The notes beneath the pieces are model-generated. The model ran no database searches. It was not told where the DNA came from and saw nothing but the letters and a program-made list of their open reading frames with translations. A stretch of DNA of 64,000 nt from contig JALDZX010000001.1 of the NCBI GenBank assembly GCA_022813865.1, positions 744,001 through 808,000 on the forward strand. Direction: 5' to 3'. A program made the translations under genes and the position numbers. Below are positions 39,941 to 51,798 of this stretch, piece after piece. Position 1 is the stretch's first letter. Each line of letters starts with the position of its first letter. Origin of the DNA: Xylographa opegraphella (lineage: Eukaryota).

Positions 39941-40378
39941 GATTACGGCGATGAGGTCTTAATCCTGGGATTATCAGCGTCCGGGACCTATGTTTAAGTA
40001 TAATGAAAGTGAAAGCTCGAATCCCAGTTTCCGGAGACTGAGGTACAGAGGACGAAAGGCGTGGATGTCCAGACAGCATAGAATACTTTTTGCGGGACAA
40101 TGATTTCTATGAAGGTGAAAGCAACGTACCTCTCCTCGCGAATATCACGGTCCCACAATGCTCAAGGTAAAGAAGAAGACGAAAGGCAGACGAAGGTAGC
40201 GACGGAGGTTGCGAAGGAGGGCAGAAGGTGGCCCGGAATCCTTAAAGCTCTTTCCGCAGTCGCTAATCCTGCCACTGCGACGATGCCGTCCCAGCAGCAC
40301 GGTGAGGATTCGGCGACGTGAAGATTACCAGACGGCAAAGGATTGAGCCAGGCCACGGTCTCCTCGATGACCACGTTT

Positions 40379-40443
40379 TTATAGATGGTTGTAGAAGCGA
40401 GTCGAGAAAAGGCTGAAGGTTCGGACGGTGGTACTCATAGCAT
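40379..40443 (-). promoter_or_regulatory. Overlapping uORF pair in the bHLH 5' leader
   Basis: ATG-CTA-TGA (40443-40435) overlapping ATG at 40438, which encodes MSTTVRTFSLFSTRFYNHL*. Confidence 0.5.
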
Positions 40444-42061
40444 TTGAATTCTGACGGTGGCTCTGAATGCGGGTATTCCTCCCTAGGTCTTTACCGGCGC
40501 CGACAGGAAGCGCTACTGCGTCCGCGACGAGCAAAGTGCTCTCTATATCTTTTGTATTTCTGAAGCTCGTCTGTCCGAGACTGCTGACGGTGCACAACTC
40601 TGTCCGATCAGCACAAGGTCCACAATGCACAAGAACCCCCTCCCAATCCGATAGAGTTCCGAGTCCGAACACACTGTAACGAAAAGTAAGGTATGACGAA
40701 GATGACGCAGGGCTCGAAAGGAAGGGCCAGTTGCGAAGACGGTCGAAGTAGAATAAGGTGGTCGAAGGAATGGATGGGTTTTGGAAGAGTGGTGGTGGTG
40801 GTGGTGGAGGTGCGATGGGGCGGGCGCAAAGGACGAGAAGACGTTCGACGAGATTCGGGGGCCGCCTCAGCGAAGGGGAGAAAGAGTTGGGTTTAATTGG
40901 GCGAGAGGGGGAGGGGGGAGGGNGGGGGGGGGGGGTAGTGGGAAAGAGGTGGGCAAAGGGAAGAAGAAGAAGAAGGGCTTTTCCTTTTCCCCCTGCCGTG
41001 GACCAACTTACTTTTGATCTCAACTCGATCCTTAGCTTTTGGGCCTGATCCCTTGCATCCGGCACTTTCTGCTCTACTCGTTCGGTCGAGGTCGAGCACG
41101 CCGCAGTGCACCAAGCTGGGCCGAGCAGTGTGCACCGTGTCTACGATGAAGTGCCGATATACTCAGCCTCGTCTCTCCACAGCGCACCACGAGAGCGAGC
41201 GATGATGTGTGAGTATGTCGAAGGACTTGGAGCCGGGGGTGGGAAGGACGGCGAGGCGCGGTGAGTGCTTGGTGGGTGCAGGTTGCAGGTTGCCTTCTGG
41301 TACCTCGACTAAGGCTCGAATCTAATTATATGTAACGACTTCGATGGTGCGAACGGGACGATACAGAAGCTCTTCTTTTCACGTGGCTTTTGGGTTCGGG
41401 GCGGAGAGCGCTTTCCAGGGTTGGCAGCAGTTGGTCCAGTGGGGAGAAGGGGAAGCCTTCAGGGAGGAATGAGGGAAGATAGGGAGGGAAGCAGATCCCT
41501 CCCTCTTTTCTCCTTCGATCGCTGCGTCCGTCGCCCGGCCCCCGTCGGCAACCCCTGCGCAGAGCATGCCTGCAGCGTGCTGGACGGACCTGGTCGGCGA
41601 ATGGAAGGACGCGACAACGAGGAACCCCCCCCGGAACACCCCCCTCCCCCCCCCCACCCCCCCCCCAGTATCCACGGACGGATCCCTCTGTAGCGTGCAC
41701 TAGCTTGGGTTTCAGCATCTTGCGTGCAGGCTGACTGTCCCATGCACGGAAGAATGGGGAGCGAGAGAGCGAACCGGTTGCGTAAGTGGTCGTACATTGG
41801 GGAGGACGTACGCAGTTAAAGGTCGGTGGCGAGCATGTGATCACGTGGACAAGGTGAGCAGTTGCGTGTCGACGGCCCTCGAGATCACGGATCACGAGTG
41901 AGCTCGAGTCAGCACGTCCTGTGCGCCGTGGACGGACTTGGTCGTGAGTGTGCCCTTGGAGAGCGAGTCACACGTACGGTACCACAGTAGGACCATAGGG
42001 CTACACCAGGAGGCAAGGAAGGGGGTGGGAGTGGGTTGATCGTGGAGGCAAATCCCACCAT

Positions 42062-42104
42062 CTGCTACTACTGCTACTGCTGCTACTATTGCTGCTACTG
42101 CTAC
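42062..42104. repeat. Imperfect (CTA/CTG)n microsatellite
   Basis: ctgctactactgctactgctgctactattgctgctactgctac. Confidence 0.85.
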
Positions 42105-44472
42105 CACAACCTACCACTCACTCCTCCTCCTCCTCCTACAACAGTCAGCGACCTTCTCTCGGCAGATGCCTCCACTTCCATGCCCGCTCGCTCCTTGCAA
42201 GACTGGCGTTTCTGTTCTTCTGTCAGACATCATCCTTGACACATGGTCCATGCGTGACCGGGATTGCTTTTCTTGCCAAGTCACTAGCACGACGAGCCCC
42301 CGACCGACTGAAGCGACTACCTTTGCCGGGGGAGGAAGGTCGTGCCGCACGCTACTCGGCCTTGCGCTAACCCATTGCAGCCCTTCCCGCTTCCCGTGCC
42401 ATTCGCGATTCAATCTCCGGGGGCACAGGTAAGGAAGGATGTAAAGAGGTACAGAGGTAAGATGCGCAGTCAGCAGGCGACTTTACGGAGTCGATGGACA
42501 CTGTTCGGCGTAGTTGTAAGTGCATAGTAGCATACATACAGTAACGTTCTGAAATTAAAAACCCAATATGCCTGCCCACAAGGAAAACAGGACACCGACA
42601 ATCGCGAAACTGAACCTCTTCAATGGGTCCCTGCCGCCTGAAGGCAATCACGAATGAACGGGTCCGGCCGTCGGCTGGCACACCACCGCAATCAGCGCTC
42701 TTCCGCGAGGCGACCTTACATCCTGCTGCAGGCGCAATGGTCCTGCGCATCATTTGCTCAGAGGTGCAGGCATTTTACGGAGTACCTGCCTGCCACTAGA
42801 GAGGCCAGATCGTGAATCTGGTGCCACCTTGTCCGACGCAATGGCTCCACCGTGCTCGGCAGCGATCCGACTCGCGCTTCGTATAATAATTAATGTATTC
42901 GGCCTTGGCCTGTGCTGGAGGAGGAGAAGACGAGGAGGGAAGGGGGATGATCAAGAGACCATGCTGATGCCGGCTGGTGGCAACGATCATATCTACTGGT
43001 AGCATAGTTACAACGATGGGGGGGGGAGCAGATCACCGAGTCAGCAAGCCCTCAGGATCATGCTGCCCCCCGCCTGCGACCGGTGGATCGCTCGACCACT
43101 CGTCCGTCGAGCCATTCACTCGCTCCGCGTTGTTGGCATTGTTGATCGCACGCAAGACGTAGATACACAGTAGTGGCATGAACTCCACACTGGCCTGCCC
43201 GCTTGAGCGCTGTCCGAACTTTCATCATCATATGACGACCACGGTTTCGCTTTGATGGAAGGAATGGTGGATGTCCGTCAAGTGTTCATTGCACCGAATC
43301 ACCGCGCTGATTCGTCCTTTTGGCCTCCTCCACACGCTTCGGCCCGCTGACTTCTGCTCCTTCTTCCCCACCACCATCCACGGCGGATGATCGTCTCTAG
43401 GGCGGAGTGGGGCCACGCAATAGATCAAATGTGACTGGCGTGAACTCGCAGCCGACGAGTGACAGCGGTGGAGCATCTCTGCTTCGACAAGACAAGAATG
43501 GCGACCATCATCGAAACACGATGCGCTTGCCGACGCCGACTCATGAAGCAGAATGTCGAGAAAAGCATCGACTGATTCAATATATATGCAAAGCAGGAAC
43601 CGACTGCCTCTCTCAAAACATCTGGCAACTCACGCGCTAGTTGGATGCGATAAAGTGCGCCTTCTCCCTCATTCCTGCCGGCGCCACGACGAAATAGCGG
43701 AAGTTCCGACAAACCACCAGATCGGTCCCGCAACCGTCTCGACTTCCCGCTTTTCCCCCAGCATTTTTGCGATCCTCGCACTGGTGGATCTGCTGGAAGC
43801 GCATGCGGATATCTACAGAGCGAGAGAGAGAGAGAGGGACCTGCAGCATCCCCCCCCCCTCCCCCAGAAAAAAAGAAAAAAGCCCGGCTCTGCAGAGCAA
43901 AAAGTCGGATCACGATCTGGATCCGAACGACGGCTGGTCGTACCACCGGCAAGCGCGCCATCGGAGCCCGTGGTCCACCACCCCCAATTCCCCTTTTTTC
44001 CTCATCCTCAATGCTTGTTGCTCTTCACGGCGCAGGGAATGTGCGATATCGGGATCGCGTCCTGCGAGCGAAAACTGCTGACGACACGTTGAGCAATAAT
44101 CCTGTCAATCCTTCCCTGAGCCACCAACTCGCTTAGCCCTCACGACCCTCCCCTTGCCTCCGTGCCACCACAACCGCACGTAGCACTCCCCCCTCAAACC
44201 GCACGTTACACCGTTGCGAAGCTGCGATCCTGTCACGATGTATTGACACACACCTCCCCAACCATCCCCGAAAAAACAAGGGCGATCCCCCCCATCGCGC
44301 GTGGCCCTCCACCCCAAAACCGAGAACCGAACGAGTCGCCCCACCGTCCCCCTTTTCGCCCATGCAGCAGCATCAGCGGCTGCGGTGCAACAACGCTTCC
44401 GTCCGCCCCCCAAACCCGCCCAGCCGAACACTGACCCCCGCCCCACCACCGCAACGGGCGTCTCGCTTCTCC

Positions 44473-44499
44473 GCAGCAGCAGCAGCAGCAGCAGCAGCA
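44473..44499. repeat. (GCA)9 microsatellite
   Basis: Nine perfect GCA units in intergenic DNA. Confidence 0.95.
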
Positions 44500-44826
44500 A
44501 AGTCCTGCCCGCGAAGCGAAGCGAAGCCGAAGCCAAAAGCGCCCTCTCTCTTCTCCGCCGATGCTGTACCTACCCCGCCTACGATCCCCAGCGAAACCGC
44601 GCACACTCCCAACGCGTATCAGGCCCAGCGCAGTGCAGCCAACCATGACTTGTCGGCAACCCCCGGGACTGTGCGACGCGGTCGCAGGCTCCGCTGGCGC
44701 TGTGGTGGAGATAACCCGTTGCGTTTCTCGCCGCCGCCGCGGCGACTGGTACGCGCTTGATGGGGCGGGGGCGCGGGGTCTTTGATGGCGGTATGGGGGG
44801 CTGGCTACCTTACCTTGGCTCATCAG

Positions 44827-44955
44827 CTACCTTACCTTACCTAGGGAGGGAGCTGCCGTGGCAGGTTCCTGTGTCCTGGTGGGACTGGAAGGCTGTCTTC
44901 GCTAGGCGGCGTGAGGTCGGTGGGGGGGTTGTTGGTACGAGGTAAGGTAAGGTAG
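44827..44955. repeat. 16-bp perfect inverted repeat built of TACCT pentamers
   Basis: ctaccttaccttacct (44827-44842) and aggtaaggtaaggtag (44940-44955). Confidence 0.9.
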
Positions 44956-45180
44956 TGTGGGTTCTTCGAGTCCATCCATCCATAGCTAAGCTACCTTATA
45001 TCAGGAGTTCAATCTGCATCTTTACGACATACACCAACGGAGCGAATACTGAAGACGCGATTTCCGTGTTCCAAAGCCACGATCCCCGGTCGGTGACGGA
45101 GAGGAAGTATCACTAGCACGCTACTTCTGCACTTATACACCACCTACCCTTCTCTCAAGTGTCCCCAGTCTCTCCCCCCA

Positions 45181-45256
45181 TCCTCACTCCACCCACCCAT
45201 CCTCACTCCACCCACCCATCCTCACTCCACCCACCCATCCTCACTCCACCCACCCA
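45181..45256. repeat. 19-bp minisatellite x4
   Basis: TCCTCACTCCACCCACCCA, four perfect copies abutting the NOP12 stop codon. Confidence 0.95.
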
Positions 45257-47015
45257 TCACCCACTCCTCCGCTTTCCCCCCTCCGCCTTAAACGCCGCCC
45301 CCCGCTTACTGCTCCTCGTCACCGGCTTCCCCTTCCCCTTCCCCTTCTTCGGCTGCAGGCCCGTCGGCTTCTGCCCGCCCCTCGCGCGGTACCCCTCAAA
45401 GACGACCTCCTCTGGCGACCTGATGCCTCCGCCACCCCCTTGCCGGAGCTGCGCCGCGCCGGCTCTGCCGAGCAGCTTGCCCGCCCGCCCGGCCAGGGAC
45501 CGCAGCTGCGAGGAGGGCTTGGGCGTGTAGCCGCCGTCGGGGACGCGCCGCGGCGGCGGGTGCGGAGCGCGGGAGGCGTGGGAGGCGGTTTTGGCGATGT
45601 GCTTGGCGCGGGTGACGCGCAGGGGGCGGGGCAGAAGGGGCGGGAAGGCGAGCGCGTTGTAGAGGAGGGCGCGCTCGACGGCGTTGGGGTCCTGTCACGG
45701 GGGATTGGGGTTAGCACGACGGACGGACGGACGGAGAGCTCGCTGCTGCGGCATGGGAAGGACGTACTTTGAACTGCACGTATGCAAACCCCTTGCCGAC
45801 TCGGGTGGTCTTGTCCCGGACGACGCGGACGCTCTCGATCGCGCCGGCGTTGCCGAACTGTCGCCACAGGCCCTCCTCCACGTCCGCGGGCGCCTTCTGC
45901 TTGCGCGCCTTCTTCTCGCCCCGCTCCTCGTCCTCGGCGGCTCGAATGGCGCTTTCGTCGTCCACGAAGCCGAGGTTGCCGACAAAGACGCACCGGCGGT
46001 GGTCCGTCGCTGCCGGGTGCGCTACCCCGTCGACGCGTAAGTGCCGATCCAGGACCACCGTTCCGTTAAGCTGCTTTACTGCCTCGCGTGCTGCGATGGC
46101 GGTGCTGTAGACGACGTATGCGTTGGTGCTTTTGGTCGTCGCGTTCATGACGTCCTTTTTTGCGAAGGCGGCCTTTTTGGGGAGAGAGGAGTCGGCGTAA
46201 GGGGTCGAGCGGAAGCGGAAGGAGGAGATCTTGTGGGGTGGGGTGGAAGATGGGAGTGAGGGGAGATGGGATGAGAGGTGAGCGAGGAGGAGAGCGTAAG
46301 AGGGTCGAGACGTTATGGCTGTGGTCGAGACGTTACCGAGGAAGACTGTGCGGGTAGATTGCTCGAGGGAGGAAGGGCCAGAATCCGTGGTCGTGGTTTC
46401 GTGTTGTGGAGGAGGTGAGGAGACGGACAAGTCTGGGTCCTCGTTGTCGGCTGTAGTAGCAGCTGTAGCCGATGCATCGACATCGGCATCGTTATCGAGT
46501 TTCGAGCGCTTGCTCAATCGATCTAGCGATTGCTTCGTAGCTTCATGTTCTTCCTCTCGAGCTAGACGCTGCATATACTGTCCTTCTATGTCATCATCCT
46601 CTTCTATCCTCCTCCTTTTGCGGGTCGCTACTTTCTCGTGCTCACCACGTACTCCGATTGAATGCTGGACTGATTTTACAGGCTCTTCCGAAGCGCTGTC
46701 TACATCTGAACCGGACAGAGCGGCTGCACCAGGTACCTGGATTGGTTTTTCAGTGTCAGGTGGTTTGGAAGATGTGCTAGACAGCCTTGCTTTTCCACTT
46801 GCGGGGATTGTACTTTCTTTGACCAACTATGAAGTGTTAGACAAGCCTTGAAACATAAGTGAGGATAATGAGTAGTCTTGCGACATGCATACACTAGAGT
46901 CAAATAGAGCTGCCAGTGCTGGGTCCACAGCTTTCGTGGCAGCAGATAACTGTTGCTTTTCAATCTTAGATACATTCGGGGCTTTCTTACCCGACTGATC
47001 CTTCTTTTTACCCAT
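45257..47015 (-). CDS. NOP12: Nucleolar protein 12 (two RRMs), 3 exons
   Basis: VDPALAALFDSS, RTVFLGNV, SFRFRS, STNAYVVY, RHLRVD, RCVFVGNLGFVDDE, RVGKGFAYVQF, RPLRVTRAK, VFEGYRA. Confidence 0.93.
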
Positions 47016-47451
47016 TGTTGAAGTTCAATTATATGGAAGATGTTTCGAGTAGAGAAATCCACATCGAAATCTCTCAGGGCTGTTTATCGGGCTTATCGGG
47101 ATAAACGCTAGCAGGGATGTACTTCGCTTCCGCGAATGCGATCACCGGCTCGGGACCCAAAGAGAGACAGGACTCTCTCCAGCAGCATTTCAGACAACGC
47201 TTCGCGAACCTCGTCTCACCGCTGCCTTTGACATTTCACACTTTGAACACTACTCCTGAGTTCATAGCTTCTTCGTGCCAATACTTCCCCCCACGTTTAC
47301 GATTTAGCAGCCCTGAAGAAGGGAACGAGCTGAACGAAGGCAACGGGAGGCACCACTTCAACCTCCATCTGCCAGACCGCTTTCCGACACATTTGTCCGG
47401 TTTCGAGATACTTCTAAAGAACTACAGGAGTGACCAAAACTCGAATGCAGC

Positions 47452-50242
47452 ATGAGCGCGGTGTCGCGGGGTAGTCGAACAAAGCTGAAGCAGTTGGACG
47501 GTGGAATCGAAGCTATTACTTTGGAGTGTGAGTCTACCCCATTTACATATCCGTTGTCCAAGACGATCAAGGCGTACACCACAGTGGAGTATCCAACTGT
47601 ATTAAATAGTAAGGAGAGCCACTGACCCGCTCTCCTGCCCATCGCAACATAGCGGAAATAATGGTTCGGCTGGAGGGCGCACAAAGAGCAGCACATGGCT
47701 CTCGAATTGCGCGATAGTTTTGTGGCCCATTTCGCTTTCTAACACGAATTGAGGACACAATACTGACCATTCAAAGCTCAATCAGACACACGTACCGCAC
47801 ATCCTGAGAATATCGTCACACACCCTCGTCCTAATCAAATGGCGGTACCAACGCCAGGCCTTGATGTGGCCTCCATAACTTCCGGCGTCGAACTCCCCGA
47901 TACCTTCCTGCAAGAGCCGTCGAGCGACCCCATAGCTCCTCAGATGAGCCCTCTGAGTCACGTCACAGAAGTGGAGATACATAGAGACGAGAGATCGAGC
48001 AGTCTCAGTGACATAGGGGATCGTCCTGTAGCCGAGCCGTTGGAGGATGCTCTAATGAATGCTTCCGCAGTATCTGAATCGGATGACACAGAGGCAGAGA
48101 CAGAGCGGCTAGAGGAGTCCCCACAAAAGCTCCGAAAGCACGAAAACGTGGTGTTTACCGCTACGCAGAAGTTCACCGGCGATACACAAGCAACAACTGA
48201 TGGGGGCCTAAGCGAAAAAAGTCGAAGCATTGCGTCGAACGCGCATGCTTCTGGCTCAATGCCAGATCTTGTACACAGTGATCCTGAGGACGATCCCATG
48301 GATCAGACGTCGGATATCTCTTCTCTTGAAGACACTGTTGAAGAAGCAAGTAGAGCGGAGTCACCTGTGAGCGTATCGGGGCGAAAAAGAAAGCGTTCGA
48401 GTCCAAGGACAATGAACCGAAGCGATAGCTTAGTAGTGAAATCGCTGAAGCAAGCGGCCGAACACCTCGCAAGTAACATGGTTCAGAATAACAATCATTC
48501 GAACGTTCCAGATTTAGCACTTAGCTTGAAGCAAGAACCTGCTGAAGATCATCCATACGACGAGGACGAAGAAGGAATATCAGTTGCTGGAGGAGATGAG
48601 GCGAATGACCTGCTTCGGCCCACTTGCTTTGCAACCCAAAAATCACAACGATTGGACAAGGCCGCTAACGACAATGGTTTAAGAGCTGTGTCCCCAGGGA
48701 TGGATGACATTGACGTAGATGGAGATGTTGCAGACAGTGGCGGTGAGGAGGCGGATCTAGACGATGTCGCACAAGGTATGGAGACTGATGCTACGGTACG
48801 GAACGAGGAAGAGGGTATGCATAATTTTGATGTGCAGAAATTTGATAGCACTGTTATTGACTTCTGCTTCACAGTTTTGAAGAAAAAAGCGGCCCTGGAT
48901 TCATTAGGCGCTATAGAGAAGCAGTTTGCCACATTGCGCGATAGGTATGTCCAAGAGCTCTAATAATTTGTTAAACTACGGCCCTGACTATTGGCCAGGC
49001 TCTACGAGGACAGGATCAACCACTTCAACGAAGAGCTCTTGATGCTGAATCAGCCGAAGGCAACCCATCCGGAATACCTAGCGATGGTGGAATGCATCGA
49101 CAAACGCCGCGAAGAAAAAATTATGCAGGCTCGAATTCGGCTACGATACAAGCTTGAGACTTTGCAAAGAAAGAGCATTGCTGAACGTGCGATTGCCCAC
49201 AGTCAATATATGCAAACAATTCGTGAAGTACGGGACACAATATTAGAGCAGGCTAACAAGGAATGCTACCAAGTTCAGCGCGAGCGCCGAAGCTGCGATG
49301 AAGATGAGAGTCTGTTTCTGTACCAGTTCAATACCCGCCGCTCGCAGCAGATCGCGAGACAAGTGGCGTATAATACAGAGGTCTCTATTCTCTCTGGATT
49401 CGCGAAGCACAAAGGATTTCCTGCAGCACCTGTAATCACACCTGCTAAGCCCAACGAAATTGAGGATGATCTGCGAAAGATGGGGGTAAGCAACTAGTGG
49501 ATGATTGGCGTCTTGATATGTAATTCTAACTGATCCTATCTAGATTCAGAGTATAAATCAACCTGGCCCAACACACATGGCCACTTCTTTGTCGAACATA
49601 TCACGGCACAGGCCTGCAGCTGAGGAACAGTTCCTTGAACAGACTCCATGGGCCAATCCGCACCACCCAGCTCATCATCAGCATCTGAGTGCTGCTCAAC
49701 GACAAAATTCATTTCATTCAAGACCTCTCAGTCCCTTCACTACCCCTGCGCCACCACGACGAGTAATCGACACAAGTATCATCAACGGCTCAGCTTCTAC
49801 CATCGCGGCCTTACAGTCAGCGCAACACTCCTCAGTGGCACCAACGCCAGCAAGTGCAGAGCACCATTTGGAGAATGGGCAGAGAAGTGGTGCTGTTCGG
49901 CGCGAAGAAAAAATGGCAGAGACGCCCTCCAAACATAACGATTACGTAGTGCAAGGAATCTTAAGTGAAACAAATGCGACGGGTTTGACTTTGGAGGACA
50001 ATAATCCGCAGTCTCTTCGGTTGCCAGAAGAACCGGTCTTGCATCTTGATGGGAGCCAATACGCGCCTAGTCCACCAAGTAAGGCGCGTCCGATATCTGG
50101 TCCCCAGCCGAGCATATCCAACGGCGGAATTGTTGATCAACATCTTGAATCGCCAGCTGAGAGAAACATGTTTGCAGCTTACCAGCCTCAAATATCCAGA
50201 CAGTTCAGCGTGTCAGCTGGGACGGAACATGGTAATGCATGA
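47452..50242 (+). CDS. DEP1: Sds3-family Rpd3L HDAC complex subunit (Dep1-like)
   Basis: SSSLSD, DTEAETERLEESPQK, ALDSLGAIEKQFATLRDR|LYEDRI, HPEYL, EVSILSGFAKHKGFPAAP; possible first exon 47452-47527 in frame with the ATG at 47839. Confidence 0.85.
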
Positions 50243-50970
50243 CTCGACTGCGACACGACACATACTCCTCCGTTTCAATTTACATAAGGCATTGTTCAGT
50301 GAGATCTAAATGCACATTGGAAGACCTACTCACATCATGCCTTCGATTGGCAATTGGCTTCGTCCTTGGGATGGTGCCGGGAACTCGGCGTTGAGTGGTT
50401 TTGTTTTGTTTCTTTCTATCGTCAGTGGATTACATAGCGTCCTGGTTACGACGTGGCGTATGGTCCCCTCAATTCGTTCTAAGTGTGGAAAAGTCCAATG
50501 TTAATGGACGGCATCCAGAGAGGTTGTGCACAAAAAGGCGCTACATACAGGCACAAACCGAAGATATGGGCTACGACTGTCTGGAGAGTACTCAATCATA
50601 CAGCGATATAGTTTGACCTTGTGGACCAAGAACACGCTCTCCCTACAGTTTATGTATAAAATGATTGAGATATCAAAGAGCTTTCATATCTGTGCCCAAA
50701 CATAATCTGAATACTTCTCAGGCTTGCCATGGTACAAAAACCATAGATAGATCTGGTCGCTTGACTTTCACGGCTGTTGGCTTATTTATTGGCTCCCCTT
50801 GGCCAACGGTGGTGCAACTCTCGGTTTCCGATATGCACCTGATACGATGTGTCACAGCATGTGTATTCCTTTATTGCCTCCCAACTCCAAATCTGTGCAC
50901 CTTACTGGTACAGGACTCAATGTCTTGGCATCGACGTGTCTGCATGACATTCTCAAATCCACAATCATAT

Positions 50971-51368
50971 TCATTTACCCACTGCAGCACTGCTGACTGC
51001 TCTCTCCACACCAGCATTAGGTGTGTGTGGTGGCTGGGATGGCGCATCTGGTATCTGAACATCGGAGAAGTCGTCCTGGGCTACAGCCCTGATTGTGAAG
51101 GCATCTACCAGCATAGCGGAGAAGTCAGCGCTGAGCCATACTTGCCAAATCCGTGGAACCAGTCATGAAGTTAAACGTACAGACACTTATGGCGAAGCCA
51201 AAGATGGCAGTTCCCGTAATGATATTTCGAATCAGATATGGTTGCCGAGCGCGAATGAGAGCCGCCGTCTGCCGGTAGTTTTTATCGTAGTAGGAGGAAC
51301 GAGGGATACTGTAATGGAATTAGCCATGCTACAACAGCGCTTTGGGACAATCAAACAAACATCGCCAT
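50971..51368 (-). CDS. COA3: Cytochrome c oxidase assembly factor 3 (89 aa, 3 exons; absent from the ORF track)
   Basis: Exons 51368-51361, 51308-51181 and 51104-50971 give MAIIPRSSYDKNYRQTAALIRARQPYLIRNIITGTAIFGFAISVYAFTIRAVAQDDFSDVQIP..., the Coa3 pattern (ALxRARxPY, TM helix, QDDF). Confidence 0.9.
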
Positions 51369-51798
51369 TGTAGGGTGTATAATAGGGAGGATTCGTTTTC
51401 ATCAAGCTGGTCAGCCGTTCATCAGCTTACCATACTGTAAACTTCTTTCAACTCAAATGTGCCATGCTAAGCGTCATTGAACGATGGGAGGCTCTGCGGA
51501 ACGCTAGGTAGTCCTAGTCTAGCGCGAAGCGTCAACTTCGCGTGTGTCTTTGTCCACCCTGGTCTCCGAATACCAGCAACTCCATCCGTCGTACAATTGT
51601 GAACTCTCTTCGCACTGCTGACCTAGGTAGGCCTCGTGAAGCGTTGGGGATGGTTTGTTGCAGCAAATCTGCTGGGCTGAAGTGCTAGTCTATAGGCTGC
51701 AACTGGATTTCTTTCGCTCTGCTCTTTCTCGTAGAGTGACTTTCAGCTGTCTTGCCTCGAATCGAGCTTTCAACATACCACATACGTTAGTATAAATC

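Noticed and set aside
40379..44945. Many overlapping 70-230 aa ORFs between the bHLH gene and NOP12
   Set aside because: Low-complexity, GC-rich stop-poor DNA with no recognisable domain or coherent splice model.
45181..45256. Regular repeats as a CRISPR array
   Set aside because: Head-to-tail units without spacers in a eukaryotic genome with no cas genes.
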